Of a stretch of DNA of 64,000 nucleotides, positions 26,865 to 41,000 are shown one piece after another; the first letter of the stretch is position 1, and the number at the start of each line of letters is the position of its first letter. This stretch comes from Tubulanus polymorphus. Lineage: Eukaryota; Animalia; Nemertea. The notes beneath the pieces were generated by a model. That model had not been told where the DNA came from. It saw only the letters and a list, made by a program, of their open reading frames with translations, and searched no databases. The position numbers and the translations under genes are program-made. Where the stretch lies: positions 23,168,299 through 23,232,298 of the forward strand of contig NC_134025.1 of assembly GCF_964204645.1 (NCBI RefSeq). Direction: 5' to 3'.

Positions 26865-29800
26865 TCACATGCCAAGCGCATCTTCTACCATTTCTCGCAT
26901 ATCGGCAAACGCTTTGAGTAAACGGTGAGCAAATCTTTTCGAGTCCTGTAAAGGATATAATCACATAAACCAAATCATTTAGGTGAGAAAGTATGACATA
27001 TATGATACTTAACATCTACAGTTTAAGAAGTAATATTCCAAAATAATGCTTACTCTATTTTCTATAGAAACTTTCGATGAAACATGAATGTATATCAAGT
27101 TTTCTCCAGACATAGTATAGAAAACTCCATAGTTTTTTTGACTTATCTGCAATAGAAATATATTCTCAATGAAATAGCTCCGACTCCAATGTCATAACCT
27201 TTGATCGACAGCAATATCGGATTGTCGGGTTTTGTATTCAATGCACCGTTGATAAAGAAGATTAATGATACATACTACCCCAAAACAGCCTCCAGGAGAT
27301 CCATTTTCGGGATATTCCTTCAGACGCATCAGACCAGTCTGATCAAGGGAAGACTGAAATAACATATTTTTTTCTAATCATATTTCAAGTATTTCAGAAG
27401 AATCCAGAAGAAGCTTAGCTTTTGAAAGAATTGAGCAGTTCATTTTCAAAGAAAGAATCAACACTGATTCAAATACTCGTCAACATTTCATCGATTTAAC
27501 ACGCATTGATTGAGAGTTTATGAGACGCCGGGCAACAAACGATGTATATAACTAGAATTAGGTTAAACACCTAATTACCTGTGTAGCTATCAAGGTGCCT
27601 TCGTCGAAGTTGATCAAATCAAAAAAAGAAGACCAAGCTTTGATTTCTTCAGCAGCAAGCATCAGACCAAAAATGTGTCGAGGAAAGTTTTGACCAATCA
27701 TCGATTTTCGAGTAAGATACTGATGATGATCACACGCATTTTTCAAAAGAGCAAATCTTTCTTCATTCTGCATAAAAGCAGAAAAAAAATCTCTCAAGAT
27801 TTATTCGACTCCGATTATTGATATAAGATATAAGTAGCTCTCTACCGATCCTGTTTTGTCTTCCATGGCGTTGACAAATGCTTTAGCCTCTGTAGTAGAT
27901 GAATGTATATTAGAGGTTCGACCATAACGAAAAAGTCGTGTCATTGTCGGTTGATATGTAGCGTCTAGTTTTCCACATTCCTAGAATAAGCACATTTCAA
28001 ATTTCAGAACTGTACAGTTTCTAAGTAATTTCAACTAGCATGCATACACAGGACTAAAAGCTTTAACTCGCCTTCCTACATGATCCAAAAATGCCGCCCC
28101 TTCGACTTGAACCCTACAAGCCTATCTCTGCTAGGGGATGAGAAGTTATATTTACCCTGAAGTAGGCCAGATTAATTGCCATCTGAATATAAGCATCTGG
28201 ACTTAGGTTGACAGACTTAATGAATCCTTTGCCGTATGACATTTGTGCGCAGCAATATAGATCAATGTCAGCAATGACTTTAGTAACTTCGACATAATTC
28301 TTTTCGATTTCCTCGATACACTACAATGATGAGGTAATGATATTAACGTATTTTCTATAAAGCCGTGCGGTTATAACACAATATTTCTGTATAACCTCTT
28401 TCGGAATATCCCAGGCGAGTTTTGATGGTGGCGGTGGGTTGATTTCTGGTTCTCCGCGGCAGTGACCATTATCACGATACCTGTGATTAACAGAACATAA
28501 TCCCATCGTGAAGGTATACCTCCTGGCAAATAGGTTCAATATATTCCCACATTGGAACGTGATAAGAATTTCCTACCCGAATTCATAAACGTCTTTGGAA
28601 TAGATATTTTCAAATATTTGAGAAGATACACTTGCATCGCCCCTGTGGAAACATAGCATCAAAAAACTGATATTATTAATGGACTCAAACTAATCCTGTA
28701 CATCATATCAAAAGCTTTTGCTAAATATGTGCATGTGAATTACCAATATAAGTGACCAGCACCTTGTTTCAAACACAGAGTACTTACCAACTATGTTCGG
28801 CAGTAAACCCTTGCTGAAAACGAAAGTGTTTATTTTATGATTTTGACCAAAAAGGAACAAGTTTGTATTTGTGAATGCTAATTCACCTTTCCATCTTTTG
28901 CTATAATCAGAGTGTACGATTTATCAAACCATCGATCGTGACCATTTCCATGAAGCAAGTCGTTTCCTCTTTTCGTCATGACATCAAAGTTGGGATTATT
29001 CTGAGAAATCGTAACACATAACAGCTAGTTAACTTCACTACAATGAGCGAATTAAATCATTATATTATTAGATTAGATCATTTTTTATTATGATTCTTTA
29101 TCATTAAGTAATTCTATTATATATTATTTCGTTAGATATATCTAACCATATCCATGTCTTCGTATTCTCTGTCATCAAGGACAACTTCTGTAGCAGCCTA
29201 TAAGATATGTAAATAATACATTTTACCGATCGATGTCTTTACGCTTGAACTTATTTTCGTAATCTTCTATTACCATAATATACAAATCATTGGGCTAAGG
29301 AAAATAAATCAGAACCGTACCCTCTCTATCAGATCTAGTGATGTTTTATTAAGACTTTTCGAAAAATAATTGTCCCTCACTTCAGCCCATGTATCCCGAT
29401 TGCCGGCCGTTAAGGAAGCTAAAAGTTTTTCCCCTGGAGATGGAGGTTCGTCGTTATCCAGAATACTTTGAAATGCACTTAAAAATAGAAATACAAAATC
29501 AAACAAATGAAGTACATGCATTAATCATTGAAAGTATTGGAAACTCACATTTCTAATTCACAAGGCAGCAAAAATCTATTCTCGTATAGAAAATCCAACT
29601 TAAAATAACGGCCTTTATGATATACAACGATGTGCTGCGAATCCACGATCAAACATTCGTCTAAACGGAAACAAAATTTTTAGAGAAAATGAAAAAATAA
29701 AAAATAGATCTAGATGAAATTGTTGAATTGTTTTGAATCAAATAACTATTTATGTTAAGTCAGTTTAATCTGGCTACCTTGGTTTTTTCGTGGAATTCTA

Positions 29801-31446
29801 GTGGAACCGTGTATCCTACGAAACTGGTCAGAACAGAGCGGCACATGCCCATTCAAAAGCATTTGCTAAAAATAGTTTGTAAAAACATCATTATCATAAG
29901 AAAATTTGATATTCTGGATAAACGAGAGTAGTAACATACTGGACTGAGGGATTCGTCGTCAATTTCACTTTTAAAGATCAACATAGCGTATGTCTGGTTG
30001 GCTGCTCTGGCTGCTTGGTTCCGAGTCGGTACAAAGAATGGGGTTTCCTGTAGTACAAAGTTTGATCTCTTTTTTTAGAATTTTTCCCTTAGGTTTCGTC
30101 GTTGGATTTGAATGCAGCTTTGCTTTTATGTTGTACTCACCATTCCAAAGTAGTTTTTGTTTGTGTAGAAACCTGGTTCCCTCGAACGAAAATAATTTTG
30201 AATCCTCCACAAGTCCCCAATCTACAATCACGATTAACTAAGCAATAAGGGAAGATTTTTTTCTATCTTGATTTTAATGAAAAGACATATCATTTTAGTG
30301 ATATGTGGATACTCATGTTCACGCACGTAGATATCCATTAGCCACACTCTACTTGTGAGGATTAACTGTAACCATTTACCGAGACCAGTTCTGAATTGTT
30401 CAGCAAGTTTTTCGAGAGCATCTAACCTTTCCTCATTATCCCATTCCTGTCGTTTTACATCAACACTCTAATATAAATGAAAACCAGATCTTCAGTTATG
30501 TTTTTTTCCTTGAATTTAGTCCAAGGAGTGAATAAAATGATACTAACTTGTTCAACCGTTTGTTTCAGTGATGGTAGTGGTAAACACGGAAGTAGACCCT
30601 GGCAACTATACAACTGGGGTTTTCTTCCTCCCATTAAAAACTTTAAAGCTAACTATAGAATTGAAGTGAATTTCCTTTAAAACATCGGATGAATATGGAA
30701 TGTTCAAATGTAGAGTAGTTATCAAGCATACCATCCAGAGTTTTGTTTTCTGAGACACTTCTCTTCTAGATTCGAAAATCCAACCGGTATAGGATAGCAA
30801 TCGGGTAATCAACATACGCATCAGTTTCACTGCTATTATCCATATGATTGTTGCAGATATAACCGTTGACAAATACAAAATAAACCGGCCCGAAAATCGG
30901 CTGGGAACATAGAATAACAAGGCTTAATATCGAATTTTGTACAAACTATGATAGAAGGATCCAGTAAAATGAATTACATCAATAATCGATGTTTGCTTAC
31001 GTGTAGGTCTGCATTAACTTTTCTATCCGAGGTGTAAGTCCGAACGAAACATCTATGTCGGCTAAAGTAAACGCCAAAAATGTGCTCAACAGAAAAGCCA
31101 GACTGTTCAATGTGGCTGGATAAATTGAATTATGAATATAATTCTGAAAGTAAGAATCATTTTCTAATTCTTAAGAAATTGCCAAAAATGATCATAAATT
31201 ATAGTCAGAAAGCTTTAGAAAGGTTTATCAAGAGTTCATTGAAAATATTTCCTTAAATGGTTACTAATGTATGGTGCGATTTTTGGCACAGTAAAAGTTG
31301 AGTGTTTTGACAGTTTTCAGGAAACAATTTCGAATGACCGTAACCTAACAGAATGTGGCTATGAATTTTACCGTGACCAGAACAACTGCCTTGTTGCGAA
31401 GATATCTTTTCTTCGGTGGTCCCGCGGGAAGGATTATTTTCTTCAT
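26865..31446 (-). CDS. CPT1-derived acyltransferase paralog C (chimeric: A-like 5' part, D-like 3' end)
   Basis: Start [25 protein letters not shown] (ATG 31446); micro-exon 28813-28788 QGFTAEHSW|GDA; [20 protein letters not shown]; GQNFPRH; LIATQ; PGGCFGV; ends DALGM* at 26865. Confidence 0.88.
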
Positions 31447-32414
31447 CTCTTCCTATTAAAACAGCAAAAATTTTACAAACTGAGCCAAATTCTTCCGATT
31501 GTAATGAAGTTGATTTTTTTGTTATCATAAAACCAGTATATATGTGTAGACTGAACTATTTATAATGTATAATACAAGTCCAGAATTCTCGATTGGCTTT
31601 GACATATGGCTGAAACTAGTGTCGGGGTATATAAATTACTAAACAGACTCTAGTATTTTCAATCCTACACATGAAGTTTCCAAAACCATTCAACGAAAAG
31701 TACCTAGTGAGAGTCCATCAAAAGAAACTTACCTCCGTATGTACGAATAAATACGATTAGTAGGTACCAATCACTGTGAACAAACTGCAAAATTAGTTCC
31801 GTCATAAGCTACGTACTACCTTTCCCTGATTATCCAATTTAGCTTATATTGGCCTCATCTAGTCAAACATTAGACTTCGATATCACGTTTCGCGACGTTG
31901 CAGGTGTTTTTAACCAGCACAGACAAATAGCTTTATACATACATTATTCACACGAAAATTGCATTTGCATAGTGAAATAATTTTTCGATGATTTAACAAT
32001 AATTAATTATTCAGCGCAAGTTAATCAACTATTATGTATAGTTTATTTTCAAGAGAAATTATCACTTTTCTACAATTATGCCATTCAAATGTGATTCTTT
32101 GAATTACTTAAGAAATATTTTTTAAAGACTAAAAGAATATGGATCGATTATCATTTTGAGGACAAAATTAACAAGTCGAAATAATTCGAAAAGGTTTGTT
32201 ATCACAAACCACAAAAAGCCACCGTAAATTATGATTTCACTTTCGGTAATATTCATCTAAAAATCCATCCACCATTAGAAATGCGAGTTCGTCTCGTTGA
32301 AAATATGTAATATTACCTACATTAAACTTTATTTTCATATTTTATGATATAATTTCTATACTGCAAAATGTTAATGATTTTCATTGAAATTGTGTCGCAG
32401 AGATATGAATTTTA

Positions 32415-35400
32415 TCACATGCTAAGTGCATCTTCTACCATTTCTCGCATATCGGCAAACGCTTTGAGTAAACGGTGAGCAAATCTTTTCGAGTCCTGTA
32501 ACGGATATAATCACATAAACCAAATCATTTAAGTAAAAATATATGACACTTAACTCTACATTAAGTAATGCTTACTCTATTTTCTATGGAAACTTTCGAT
32601 GAAACATGAATGTATATCAAGTTTTCCCCAGACATAGTATAGAAAACTCCATAGCTGTCTCTACTAACCTAAAATAGAAATATATATTCTGAATAAAATA
32701 TCTTTGACTTCAATGTAATAACTTTCGATCGACAACAATATCGGATTGTTGGGATGAGGATACATACTATCCCAAAACAGCCTCCTGGAGATCCATTTTC
32801 GGGATAATCTTTCAGACGCATCAGACCAGTCTGATCAAGGGAAGACTGAAATAACATATCATGTTGTTATCATGAATGCAAGTATCTTGGAGGAATCCAG
32901 AAGAAGCTTATCAGCGTTTTAAGAAGACTGAGCAGTTAATTTTCGATGAAAGAATCAACATCGATTCAACATACTCATTAACATTTCATCAACTTGAAAT
33001 ATGCGTTGATTTAAGGAAGAAATTAATGAGCGGACGTAAACGATCAGGCGTATTGCTAGAATGAAGTTAGACACCTAATTACCTGTGAAGCTACCAAGGT
33101 GCCTTCGTCGTAGTTGATCAAATCAAAAAAGGAAGACCAAGCTTTGATTTCCATAGCAGCAAGCCTCAGAGCAAAAATGTGTCGAGGATAGTTTTGGCCA
33201 GTCGTCGATTTTCGAGTAAGATACTGATGGAGCTCACACGCCTTTTTCAAAAGAGCAAATCTTTCTTCATTCTGCGTATAGAATGATAAAATGCATCAAG
33301 GTGTTTGTGACTTTCTTAATCAAAGATATCTGAAAGCATTTCTAGCCCTTTAATTTCGAAAAAAACCTTATTTATGTGACTAAATTATAGCTTTATCTAC
33401 CGATATAGTTTTGTCTTCCATGGCGTTTACAAATGCTTTAGCCCTTGGAGTAGACGAATGGACGTTAGAGGTGCGACCATAACGAAAAAGTCGAGTCATT
33501 GTCGGTTCAATTGTAGTTTGTAGTCTTCCATTTTCCTGAAACACTCATTGGTTATCAACAAATTGTGACACATGCAATACATTTTGGCGTTTACAAGAAA
33601 ACAGAAGAAATTAATGTACATATATAGTTAAGTGGTTAGATGCGACATGTATTTACCCTGAAGTAGGCCAAATTAATTGCCATCTGAATATACGCATCCG
33701 GGCTGAGTTTGATAGACTTAATGAATCCTTTGCCGTATGACTTATGTAAACAGCAATATAGATCCAAATCAGCGATGACTTTAGTAACTTCGACATAGTT
33801 GTTTTCAATTTCCTCGATACACTAGAATGAATGATTCAAGTGATAATACATAAGTAGTTTGTATAAAAGCCTAAAAAACTATTAGCTGAATCAAATGACA
33901 CAACTCTCGGTTACTTACCACTTCTGGGATATCCCAGACGAGTTTAGACGGTTTAGGTGGGTTGACTTCTGGTTCTCCACGGCAATGGCCATCCTCGCGA
34001 TACCTGTGTTGTGAAAAGAAAAAAAAAACAACGGTTCATCGTAGAAATATACCTCATAAGAAGAGTAACATATTTCCGCATTGAATGATGACACAAATAT
34101 CTTACCCGAATTCGTATACGTCTGCGGAATAAAGGTGTTCAATAAGTTGAGCAGAAATGTTTCCATCTCCCCTATTATTATAATACAGTAAAACAAACCT
34201 TTCCATGGCAATTTTCTTACATCAAAGGCCAGCTTGTTCTTTTTCAAACACAGTACAGGTACAACTTACCAACTATGCTCAACACAAAGCCCTTGCTTGA
34301 AAATAAAGATAATTTTCTTATAACGAAGTTGAAACTAGAAAAGACGTTTGTATTTGTAAATTATCAAAAATGAGTAGTCACCCGTCCATCTTTTGATATT
34401 ATGATATTATACGATTTATCAAGCCATCGGTCGTGACCATTTCCATGAAGCAAGTCTCTCCCTCTTTGCGTCATGACATCAAAGTTTGGATTATCCTGCA
34501 GAATGGTGAACCAACACACAATTAGTTGAATTCTCTAGAGATTCACACAACGAGCGAATATATTCATTTCATGAAAAACCAACCAGATCCATGTCTTCGT
34601 ATTCTCTGTCATCGAGCACAACCACAATAACAGCCTTCAAGATATATATTTATTTGATATTGCATCAAGAACATAGCAACAATCTACACGATCTACAAAA
34701 TAACATTGCCTACCCTCTCTAAGAGACTCAGTGTCATTTTATTGAGACCTTTGGAAAAATACTTGTCCCTCACTTCAGCCCATGTATCCCGATTGCCGGC
34801 AGTTAGGGAAGCTAAAAGTTCTTCCCCTGGAGATGGTGGATGATCATTATCCAGAATACTTTGAAATGCACTTAAAAAGTAACAACAACACTTGAGAATA
34901 TAACATTACCAAAATTAAACGTTATACGTGGCAAAATTACATGGTTTTGGAACTTACATTTCTAATTCACAAGGCAACAAAAATCTATTCTTGTAGATAA
35001 AATCCAATTTGAAATAACGACCTTTGTGATATACAACTATGTATTTTGATTCCACGAGCAAACACTCATCTTAAAAGTTAATTTTAACATCTTTTAGATG
35101 AATATCAAAAGAGATCTATAGATAAGAAGCTGTGAATTATCATTTATCTACCTTTGGGTTTCCTTGGAATTCTAGTAGATCCGTGCATCTTACGAAACTG
35201 GTCAGAACATAGTGGCACAAGCCCGTTGCAGATCATTTGCTAAAAATCAATTGATGCAATACATGATATTACCCTGGGGCCAGTTTCTACTTCTACTGAT
35301 AGGTATTTTCTAGGACTCAATTTATTCAAATTGGGGTCTACTCAATTGAAAATGAGTTAAAGTTAATATCAGTCTATAAAACCATCCCCTGGTTATGATG

Positions 35401-37124
35401 ACAACCGGATTATTTTGGATTTGATAACAAACTTGTAAAACATACTGCACTAAGGGATTCATCGTCAATTTTACTTTTGAGCATTAACATAGCGTATGTC
35501 TGGTTGGCTGCTCTGGCTGCTTGGTTCCGAGTCGGTACATAGAATGGAGTTTCCTGAAAAATTGCATTAGATTTGCCCAGAATTGAATGTACATCTATCT
35601 TATAGCTATCTATATCCCGTAACTCACCATTCCAAAGTAATTTCTGTTGCTACGGAGGAATGGTCCTCTGGAACTATAGTAATTATCAATCAACCACCAG
35701 TTCCCGAGCTACAATTGTAATTTACTCAGCAGTGATATTTTGAATGGGGAATAATGTCGATTCTAGATGGCCCGTGCAGAGGGGGTTCAGGGATAGCGAT
35801 CGAACCCCTATTTAATATAAGTTCCCTTCAAAAAGAATGGATCAATTATCATTTTGAAAAATTCATTAAAAAATTCGGGTAAAGATTTCTCGAAATTTGG
35901 ATACAATTTTCATGTTCTTCAGGTACATATGTAAGATCTGTCCTTTTATGATAGGAACATGCCCCTTTTCGCGGTGAAGTAGTGTCCTTTTTCTTGAAAA
36001 GATCCCTCAAAAGAGCTCGGCACGGGCCTGGTCTTAAGTAACCCGGCATGATACATACATATATATCCAATATCCACGATCTAACTATGAGGACGAACTG
36101 CAGCGTTTTGGCGAGACCTTTTTTGAAGATATCCGCACGTTTACAAAGACGCTGAAACCTTTCACTGTCGGTCCATTCGTGTCGTTTAAAATCAACGCTC
36201 TAAAACCCGAAATGAAAATCACCTTCGCTGTTATGGTTTCCCTTTTTTGTGTCGAAATTTGATCGATGAATGAAGTAAGGATGATAACCTTTTTTATAGT
36301 TTGATTCAGCGACGGCAATGGTAAATGTGGAAGTAGACCCTGGCAACTATACAGCTGCGGTTTCCTTCCTCCCATCAATACTTTTAAAGCCAACTAAAAT
36401 TGAGAGCAAATCGACAGAGTTGATAAAATTTTCAAATCAACCCCTACTCCTGACCAGCTTTAACTACAAATCACATACCATCCAGATTTTTGTTTTCCGG
36501 GACATTTGATCTTTATATTCGAACATCCAACCGGTATAGGATAGCAATCGGGTAATGAGCATACGCATCAGTTTCACTGCTATCATCCATATGATTGTTG
36601 CAGATGTAACCGTTGCCAAATAGAAAGCAAATCGGCCAGAAAATGGACTGAGGATAGAAATAAAGATGACAAGGCATGAGATCGTGTATCACTCAAGTTA
36701 TGGTATAGTCGATGCATTATTTCAAAACGTATCAATAATCGGAGTTAGATTTTGCTTACGTGTACGTATGCAGTAACGTTTCTATCCGCGGTGTAAGTCC
36801 GAACGAAATATCTATTTCGGCTAAAGTTAACGCCAAAAATATCGTCGCCAAAAAAGCCAGACTTTTCAAAGAGGCTGGATAGATGGAATTATGGATGTAA
36901 TTCTGAAAATAAGATTGATTTTCTACTAAAACGGCTCCAAGATTAGCAGGATTTATCTATCGTTGGCAAACATATCACACTTTTAGAAGGTTTGATATAA
37001 TCAGATTCAATAAGCGCTTTTAGAATGATATGAAAAGCTAACAATTTACCATGAACAGAATATCTGCCTTGTCGCCAAGATATTTCTTCTCTGGTGGTCC
37101 CGTCTTCAGAACTATTTTTTTCAT
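32415..37124 (-). CDS. CPT1-derived acyltransferase paralog D
   Basis: Start [25 protein letters not shown] (ATG 37124); [12 protein letters not shown]; micro-exon 34295-34270 QGLCVEHSW|GDG; [20 protein letters not shown]; GQNYPRH; LVASQ; PGGCFGI; ends DALSM* at 32415. Confidence 0.86.
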
Positions 37125-38000
37125 CTTTTCCTTTCTAGACTAATAGTCCAAATTAGAGCGTCAATTCTTACGTCTTTTGGAATGCACAACTGTAATCCTT
37201 AGAATGAAAAAATCTGACCACCAATATGTCTCAAGTTATGTCCCTCTTCAGGTCGAGGATCTTTTCGATTGCTGACAAAAACAGTGCCGTCGGTTAGATT
37301 ATTGTCAATCATATACACAGTCCTGTATTTCGACGTGACTATACAGGCATATATATTAAACTTCGGACCCTTCAGTCAGATAGAACCTGACTTACCTATG
37401 AATACGATTGATGATACTGAAAACCAAATAACTAGCCATGTCATCATTGTCAATACAGTTTTCCACGATATGAATAGAGCGTCTGATTAAACATTTTCGT
37501 AAATTCATTTCGAATAAACGGTTCCTACGATATCACGTTTCACGATAATTTGCTGTATATATGCAGGTGTTTTTATTTTTAGCCAGAACTGCATTTTTGT
37601 ACACGAGTGACGTTACTGCATTCTAGCAATTTCTACCCATGTCGAGGCTGGATATTTGCTACTAAATGTTAATTCCTTGATCCAATAACGTCATGCGGTC
37701 ACGAGCGTTAGAAATGCTTGATGAAAATTGGGTACAATAAATTTAACCAATTTTGTGTATGAAGTGGTGGTGGTGGGAGCAAGCCTATAAAACCTCCAAA
37801 CGTGAGATGTTATTTGGGAATTAGGCATAAATGTGCACTGTGTTTGGAAAACGATTGAAATGAATATAACTGAATACTTGTATATGTACAGATTTATTAT
37901 AGAATTTGTCATCGTAAATCATAAAATGCGACTTTAAACACCGATATACACGTAAAACATCTAAAAGGTCCATTCACCATAGAAAATCTGCGAATTTCTC

Positions 38001-41000
38001 TCAAACGGTTTTTTCTTTTTCACGCACTCCTGCTGCTTGCGTCATTTTGCGTATATCCGAAAGTGCTTTCATGATGCGTTCGCAGAATATTTTCGAATTC
38101 TACATAAGAAATGAAATCCTGTGTCATATTTTAACTAATCGATTTAATTGGGTAAAATTCAATTATTGGATCCATTAGGGTATCTTAACTATATTCAACA
38201 ATTTTTATTAATTCTAATTCCTTTTAGTGCATCGCAAACATTGATTATACGACCTACGTGAGATGTGAAATAATATTACGTTCTTTTTGGCGAAGAGGAC
38301 TTACAGTAGCCGGATCTGCCGCGTAACAAGTTATATGCAGGTAGAAATGTGTCTCTCCTGCGATACAGTAGTTAATTCCGTAACCTTTGTCACCAAGCTG
38401 AAAAGAAACATGTATCAAAAACTTTTCGAAGAGATACGATCAACAGAAGCCATGACCGCATAGGCAGAAAGTTTTAGTTAGAGTGATTTCCATTTTCAGC
38501 GTCTTACCGCTCCGAAACTTCCTCCGCCGGCCGCGTGGTAAGGGTATTCTTTGAGTCGCATCAGACCAGTTTGATCAAATGGTGACTGTTAAAACAAATG
38601 ACTGATGTATCGATATTGGCCATTTGAATATATCAGTTAATTTACGCAATTATGAATAAGTTGAATTATTTGTTATTCATTCTACCTGACTTGTGACAAG
38701 ATCATCATCTGTAAGATGCATTCTTTTCATGAACTGTGTTTCGGTAAACGTAAATCCAGCCACGAGAGACAAACCAAATAAGTGTTGACAAGTGTCTTGC
38801 CCAATCATTGATTTCATGTAAAGATCTCGGTGAATTTTACAAGCAGTCCGCAAAAGCTCGAGCCTCTCTTCGTCCTGAATGTGTAAACGAAGAACTCAGT
38901 TCCGCAGTTCCGTGTTCTCCACAACAAGTTTTAGAGGGGCGGCCAGCCCTTTCATTTTTGCACCCACCCCTCTGAAAATCATCCACCCCTAATGAAATAT
39001 TTGCTCCCCTACCAGTGGATGTTGATATCAATGCTGATAATTACTTTGAAATATATTGAGGTTATGTGAGAAATAGAAGAAATACACCAGAATCTATCTA
39101 AAATTTCTGTATTTTCATGGGATCGAAAGCCTTGCTACTTCAGCAGCCACAATGTCATACATATGATGCAGCCCATTTAGAATTCCAGCATGGAGAACGC
39201 GGCCCAGATGTGAGGAAATGTATCACTGAAGTGTACAAATAGTACATTCTCTTTATTCTTATATTCTATTCGAGCGACATCTCTACTATTGTATTCAAAT
39301 CAAGATGTACTTCTTTAAGATCTGTTGATGTCATATCTTTCTTCGCAGATAACTGGTCATTTCCTAAAACAACTATCCTTAGAGAAACACGACAGGTTTA
39401 TTCACAAACAAACAGTGCATCTTCGATTCATCCTGAAATGTAGTTTACAATACGAATACTTGATTAACTCACAGTTTTTGTATCATCCACCATAGCACGA
39501 ACAAACGCTGCCGACTCAACAGTAGTGGGATGTGTAACCGAAGTTCTACCTTCAAAGAATAGTCGATAAGATGTTGGCTCTTGGACAGCCGTGAATCTTC
39601 CCGTTTCCTGAAATAACGAATCATAATTGCTTGCATAAATTCCCATTTCCATGCGTATAAGCAATCGTCCATCTTTGTTGAAAATACAATATGATTTTAC
39701 TCTGAAATACGCGAGTTGAAATGCCATTTGCATGTATCCATCCGGACTAACATTACAAGACTTCATGAATCCTTTGCCGTACGCGGTGTGTACACAGCTA
39801 TACAGGTCAACACTAGCAATCATCTCTTTTACTTCCTCCCAAGTATTTTCGATAACACGAAGACACTAGAAAATGCATATCATGAATGATTATGACAATA
39901 GTTAGGCCTAATTGATTGATTATGTTATCAATCTATATTTATACACACGAGATCTAATGAATGTTTAAAATACCTCTTGTGGAATATCCCAGACGAGTTT
40001 TGCTGGTTTCGGTGGGATGATTTCTGGTTCTCCACGGCAGTGACCATCATCACGATATCTAAGATATAAATGTATATATGTTAATAAAACATAAACTCAC
40101 TATATACAGATTTAAAAGTTTTAAAATCGAGAATTCATCCAATCAAAAATTAAGGACATAGCGTTTCGAACTCTGATTAGAGATCAGCATCACCTGATGA
40201 TGACGCCTAATGATGATCTCGAGTGAGAGTTCGAAACGCCGTGTCTTTGTAATTTTTGATTAATTCTTGATTTTAAAACTTTTAAAGGGTCTGCTCTCCG
40301 CATTTGAGTGTGGTTATTTTACTAAGATGTATATGTTAATTGAAAGAACTCCACAGTCGAACCAGAAAAAAATATTCTACAGAACTCACCCATAAACGTA
40401 TAAATCTTTCGAAACGATTTGTTCATATGCTCGAGCGCTGACATTTGCGTCGGCCCTGTAAATGAAATAGTACCCGGGTTCATCAAAGCATATTTTTCGG
40501 CGTAGTTCTGATATCAGCCTACCTCAAATTTGCACCCTAACTTACCAAGAATGTTCGACATGATATCCATGCTGAAAGAAGAACAATTTGATGATTTATA
40601 ATATAAAATATTTTTTTCAATCTAAAGCTACTCTACATACGGTTATATTGCCGTGCTTTCAAGATCCTTCATTCAAATGGTTGTATAGTTCCTAAGATAA
40701 ACGACCTCGATTCTTCAAGGATCAAGTAAATTTGACATCTGATAGCATCTTACCCGTCCGTCTTTAGTAATTACGATATTGAACGTCTTGTCACACCATC
40801 GGTCATGGCCATTTCCATAGAGGATATCTTTTCCTCGTTGCGTTAGTATTTCTGCATTCGGGTCATTCTACGGTAACAACGAAAAAAAATGACGAAGCGG
40901 TAGATTTGTAATTTCGTTTATGTATTACCGTGAAGAATACGATTGTCGAGTATAAGACAGTTTTTACGACACTTATTGGTAAATGATATGAACACCCACC

